Below, piece by piece: positions 59,193-64,000 of a DNA stretch of 64,000 bases. This DNA comes from Amphiscolops sp. MND2022 (Eukaryota). Below the pieces are notes generated by a model. It made no database searches, was not told the DNA's origin, and saw only the letters and a program-made list of their open reading frames with translations. The position numbers and the translations under genes were made by a program. The stretch spans positions 25,298,001 through 25,362,000 of the forward strand of contig OZ076409.1 in assembly GCA_964187785.1 (NCBI GenBank), read 5' to 3'. The stretch's first letter is position 1, and each line of letters starts with the position of its first letter.

Positions 59193-59759
59193 ATTATTTC
59201 TGCTTTAGCAGGAATATTATTGAAATCTCAAAATGTCTACTTTTTTTCAGTACAATGCTTGGTACGATACTGAATAATTCAGATATTTTGTTCGGCAGTG
59301 ACTATAAGCGTAAGAATTAAATTTCTCAAGCTGCCGACGACAATTCAATTCTCATGCGGTGGAACGAGAGAGTGGTAATTATGCATTCGTAAGCTGACGT
59401 CATTGAGATGAAGCGAGCGAATGTTCGTAATTGTGCTTTCGTTGCGCCGAGTTATTGAGATGAAGCGAATGAGTGTTTATTATACTTTCGCGGAGAGCTT
59501 CGCCTGCATTCAAATATATATCTGCTTTAGTCCGAGATCTGAATTGATTCTAGTCAGAAATTGATTCCAGAAAGAAATACTTGATGATATTTACATGTAC
59601 AGATTTTTTAAACAACAGATTTAAAGGCGGTATAAACTGGTACAGTGCTTAATTGTGCGCTAAATAATGATTAAACAGGAGTGTATTGGTATTCCAGATA
59701 TGATTCTATTATTAATGAAAGATTAAAGCAGAAATAGTAGTGTGCCCCAGAGGGGCCTA
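59193..59759 (+). mobile_element. HINE-like element copy 3, uninterrupted (~570 bp)
   Basis: 5' TATTTCTGCTTTA plus adjacent partial IR, 3' TAAAGCAGAAATA subTIR, hairpin GCCCCAGAGGGGC, T-run flanks and no TSD. This is the DINE-1/Helentron layout. Confidence 0.78.
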
Positions 59760-59789
59760 TTTTCAATAATCAGTAGCAATCATCAACTA

Positions 59790-62550
59790 GCAATAATGAA
59801 ATTAGGAGCCACAGAAACACAATCAATCTTTCACATGAACATCAAGTCCTTGAATGAACATTTCCAGGAACTGCAAGTTTTTCTCCAGTTTTTCGAGCGC
59901 AAGCCCATAGCTATATGTCTCTCTGAAACATGGCTCAAGAACTCCGCCGAAAAGCGCAGCATATTAGAGACTACCATGAACCGATATCGCAAGCTTTTGT
60001 TAACAAAGTTAGTGGAGCTAGCTTTATGTCAGGAAAGACTGTCGTTGCCATCCGGTTAATATCACCACCCAAATAGAGAATGTTACTGTCATGATCAACG
60101 GCGAAAGTACAAGCAAGTTCATACTGTGTTGTATTTACAATTCGCCTTCTCTTTCAAAGGATATTCTGTTGAAAGACATCGATAAACTACTAACAAAGCT
60201 AAATGATAAATATATACCAGTATATGTTTTTGGTGATATGAATTTAGATCTTCTGAAGGAATGGAAATTCAACGAAAAATACCTTTAGACTTTACAACGT
60301 AACGGATTTGAACAAGTGATCAAAGAACCAACAAGGGTGCAGAAAAATTCCAAAATGTTGGTAGATCATGTACTCATGAAATCTACAGATGTGGATAAAA
60401 TCCAGAATAGAGTGATGAAGACTACAATAACTGATCATTACTCAACATTCGTCAAAATCCTGTTCCTTGCGAACGTTAACTCAATCAAGAAAAAAAGTTC
60501 ACTTTTTTGACACAATGATCAGATCAGAACTCAAGGCGCTTTTTAACGGAGAAACACTGGCTACAAATGTGCAAGAGGCTACTGAAAACTTCTTGAATAA
60601 AATTTCCTCCGCTTCTGTCAATTACACGAAAGAATACACCATGGTATAGCAGTTTCCTGAAAAATCAAATTTTGAAGAAATAAACCATCAAATTTATCTG
60701 AAGAGCAAGACTGATGACAATGCAGTGAAATACAAAGACATGGAACGGAAAGTAAAAAAACTGCTCCAATCGGCCAAAAAAGATTATAATGAGAATCTCT
60801 TTCGGACCTCATTTGGAGATTTTTCTTTAGAAAGAAGAACTGATCATATTCAAAGTGTAATATATAAGGAATAAGAGTTCTTTGATGATGCAATCATTTG
60901 TGAAAAATTCAATGAATATTTTGTTAACGTAGCCGCGAGTTTACTGAAAGATTTAGAACCTATCACCACAAGCGTACGTAGAGAATTTCTAACTAAAAAT
61001 GTTTTTTCAATGTATCTGAAGCCCACAAATTCTGGAGTATTTGAGTAACAATAAAGCACCAGGCTTAGGTGGCATTACTGCAGAGGTACTGAAGATGTCC
61101 AACGAAATTCTCAGCCCAGTATTATCTAAATTGATCAACCGATCTTTTGAACTTGGAATCTTCCCGGACTGTCTAAAACTAGATACGGACTGCCAATCCC
61201 GAAAAGTGGCAACAACAGAGAAGTTGGCAACTTTCGACAAATTTCCATATTACCTGTTGTTTCGAGAGAGCAATGTACACTCGAGTGTACTCTTACTTCG
61301 AGCGTTTTAATCTCTTCACAAGTTCTCAGTTTGGCTACCCCAGAATAAGATCTACGGTTGATGCAATCATTCAAATAATCGAAAAATTCGAGATGATGAC
61401 CAGTTTTTGTGTAATTGTTCGTTCCTCGACTTCAGCAAAACCTTTGACACACTAGATCATGAACGTTTGATTATGAATTTAGAGCGGTATGGAATTAGAT
61501 GTCCTGCCTTAAAATGGCTCGAATCATGCCTCGAAGGACAGAAGCAGCTTGTTCAGGTCAATGAAACGTTGTCTCAACCCAAGGTTTCGAGCACTGGCGT
61601 ACCGCAGGTTTCGATATTGGGACCTTTGTTGTTTCTAATTATTATGAACGATCTGGAAAACATTTGTACGTTTTTTCCCGACATTTTTTGCTGATGATAC
61701 AAATCTTCGAATTTCTACATCAAAGGCTAATCATAATATAGATCAAATTAACTATGAACTTTGCGTTATCGAAGAATGGTTCAAAATGAACAAATGGATA
61801 TTGAATGGATCGAAAACGAAGTTTCTTTTCGTACTCGGATATCTATTCCTTTATTTCCTCAGAAATCACTTCTTGAAGAAACCGAAACTTTGAAATACCT
61901 AGGTATTACATTGGACAAAAATCTCAATTTAGACGAACACATCAAAGATCTATCGGGAAGTTGGGGAAGCATATTGCAACAGTTTCGATATTGCGGCATT
62001 TTGTTACCCAAGAAATTTCGCTTAGCTACTACATGTTTCATGTTAAACCCGTGATACAATACGGCATATTCGTTTATGGGGGAACATACATTGGTAAACT
62101 TGTGAAAATGAGCATTCTACAGATAAAATTTTTCCGGTTGCTGTTTTTCGAACGTTATACTGATAGCATCGATGCGGAGTTATTCATGAACAACGTTTTT
62201 ACACAGTAAAACAATTATATTTCTGAGATTTTCAAGTTTGCATTAAGAAGTATAAGAAAAGAACTAGCCACAGAAGATACTAACAATATGTTCGTAACAA
62301 ACGATCATACACGAAACACAAGATGCGCGCTACATAATAAATTCGTTTTACCGCTTACGAAAAACAACCGGAGACAATCTTCATTGAAATATCGTGGATC
62401 AAAAATCTTATATTTCTTGATAGGCATGCGTTTAATCCCGTCCAAATTTTTGGAAAAAATTCCGCATCAGGTCGAGGATGTAATTCACAACCTCAAGGAG
62501 TATGTCAAAAACTTGCCCGATCACGCGGTTGAAGATATTTTGCGATAAGC
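59790..62550 (+). mobile_element. Degraded CR1/L2-group LINE ORF2 (APE + RT)
   Basis: HMNIKSL, CLSETWL, GDMNLDLL, TDHY, KAPG, FLDFSKTFDTLDH, GVPQVSILGPLLF, ADDT, KYLGI spread over many broken frames. Confidence 0.85.
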
Positions 62551-64000
62551 TAAGATATGAAAGCCCCACTAGAAACATTGGTGAAACACCGATCCTTCAC
62601 ATCGGGAACCCACAACTTCCAAGTTGTGAGAAGTAACGAGTGTTTAAGGCTCTCATCGCTCGGTTTAGTTGATGATTGATCAAAATCGTTCGTAAAATGT
62701 TCCCAAAATGTTGCCAGATTTCTCATATTGGGAAACATATTTTTTTGGCGAAAGTGATCGAATTCTTGTTCTAGGGGGTAACCTATGCCCAAATTTTCAA
62801 CGGCTGAAACGTGTGTTTTCCAGGGTTACCCCGGTTAAAAGGAAGCGCTTTATTCTCTCCGAAATACTGCTGATTGTTTTTTTGTGTTTTGTTTTCTCTT
62901 TTTACAATGATTACAGCCATACATGCCTGCGGTTTCAATATTAGACACAGGTCCCGATATCGAGGTACATCGTCGTCGCTTTCCAACCTGAAAACAATGT
63001 TTTCTCATTGAAGAATACTAAATTATACTGAAGAAAACAGGAATAGATTTGTTATAATTTTTTCTCATTTAGCCAGGTTTCGACTGGATTGGCATTGTTA
63101 TGCTGTTCGGACCCTCTTCAGACGTGATTGCTACTGATTCGACGTATCAACTGATGTTCTATCTTTTGATGAAACTATAATAATAAGTTTAGAGATGTTC
63201 ATTTTTGAAAAATCGTTCGTTCATGTGCAATTTTCGTTGTACGTGAATTTCAAAAAAATAGTTGGTTTTGGAAAATTCTGTTGAACTTTTGCGATCGAGA
63301 TTTTCTAAGCGAGTTTTTTTTGCAAAATATCAAATAACTCTTTCGGCCGTATTGTAGTTTCTACAAATAGAGTGTTATCATTGGCTGGGAAGGGTCTCCT
63401 TCTCAAACTCCGTTCTTCCAAGACAGTACTGCACATGTAGAAGGAAATAATTTCATCAAGAAAGTTGTTTCTCCTAAACAAAATCCTAAATTTTAATATA
63501 TTTGCTGACAGAATAAAACAAATATTGTAGCAGTATTTAGTTTTCTGAAACTAAAATTTAGTGCAGTTCTTATTTATTTTTTTGGCAAATTGCAGTTCAG
63601 CTCAATTTTAAGATTACGGATCCTTTCTCTAACTACGATAATCTTTCGCATTTCGAATGAAATGTTCCATGATCATAATTCGCGTCAAAATTTAGCTTAG
63701 ATACTTGGTGTGAGCTTGGACTACTGTAAGTTTCGACTCGATGTTCAGATGTACGTTCTATTTCGCTTCATTTGCTGGTGAGGTGTTTTGGGGTCGCTCC
63801 TATCATGCATTCTTAATCTATCAACGGTCTATCTTCTCATTGTATTATCTTCATCAATAGCTGTATTTTTTGCCATTTATCTTTCAGAAAAAAAACAATG
63901 TTACCGCTTTAAGGATTGAGAATTTTTTGTCTTTTACGGTTTTATCAACATTGTAAAAGCTAGACAATTGTTGAAATTTTGAATTCCAGATTGAGAAAGC

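Noticed and set aside
62930..63520. Candidate terminal exon of TMEM184B (TTAG|ACACAGGTCCCGAT...TGA, AATAAA near 63512)
   Set aside because: Phase-compatible but with no recognisable homology; cannot be supported without transcripts.

Overview
AT-rich, intron-containing animal (invertebrate-like) genomic DNA dominated by nested transposable elements. Bases 1-23500 are a five-level nest. A Ty3/Gypsy-type gag remnant is split by a Helentron/DINE-like non-autonomous element, which is split by a near-intact CR1-group LINE (target-site duplication GTAATTGT). The LINE's (TAG)n 3' tail is split by two different ~8 kb DNA elements, one of which carries a MITE. Each 8 kb element has short imperfect terminal inverted repeats, sits exactly at TAG^TAG, and encodes one intact three-exon protein: SET domain + zinc finger(s) + tyrosine recombinase (YR) + helical/Myb-like tail. 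One SET domain resembles PR-Set7/KMT5A and the other Suv4-20/KMT5B, the two sequential H4K20 methyltransferase types. This is the most notable system in the window. From 24.5 kb there is a small COX14-like ORF immediately upstream of a TMEM184B-like host gene with at least 9 coding exons. Its 19 kb first intron holds a BEL/Pao LTR retrotransposon with a 4x internal tandem amplification and a decayed antisense JmjC-like ORF, plus a degraded LINE. Several MITEs and a further degraded LINE fill the rest. All calls come from reading motifs by eye; no database searches were run.
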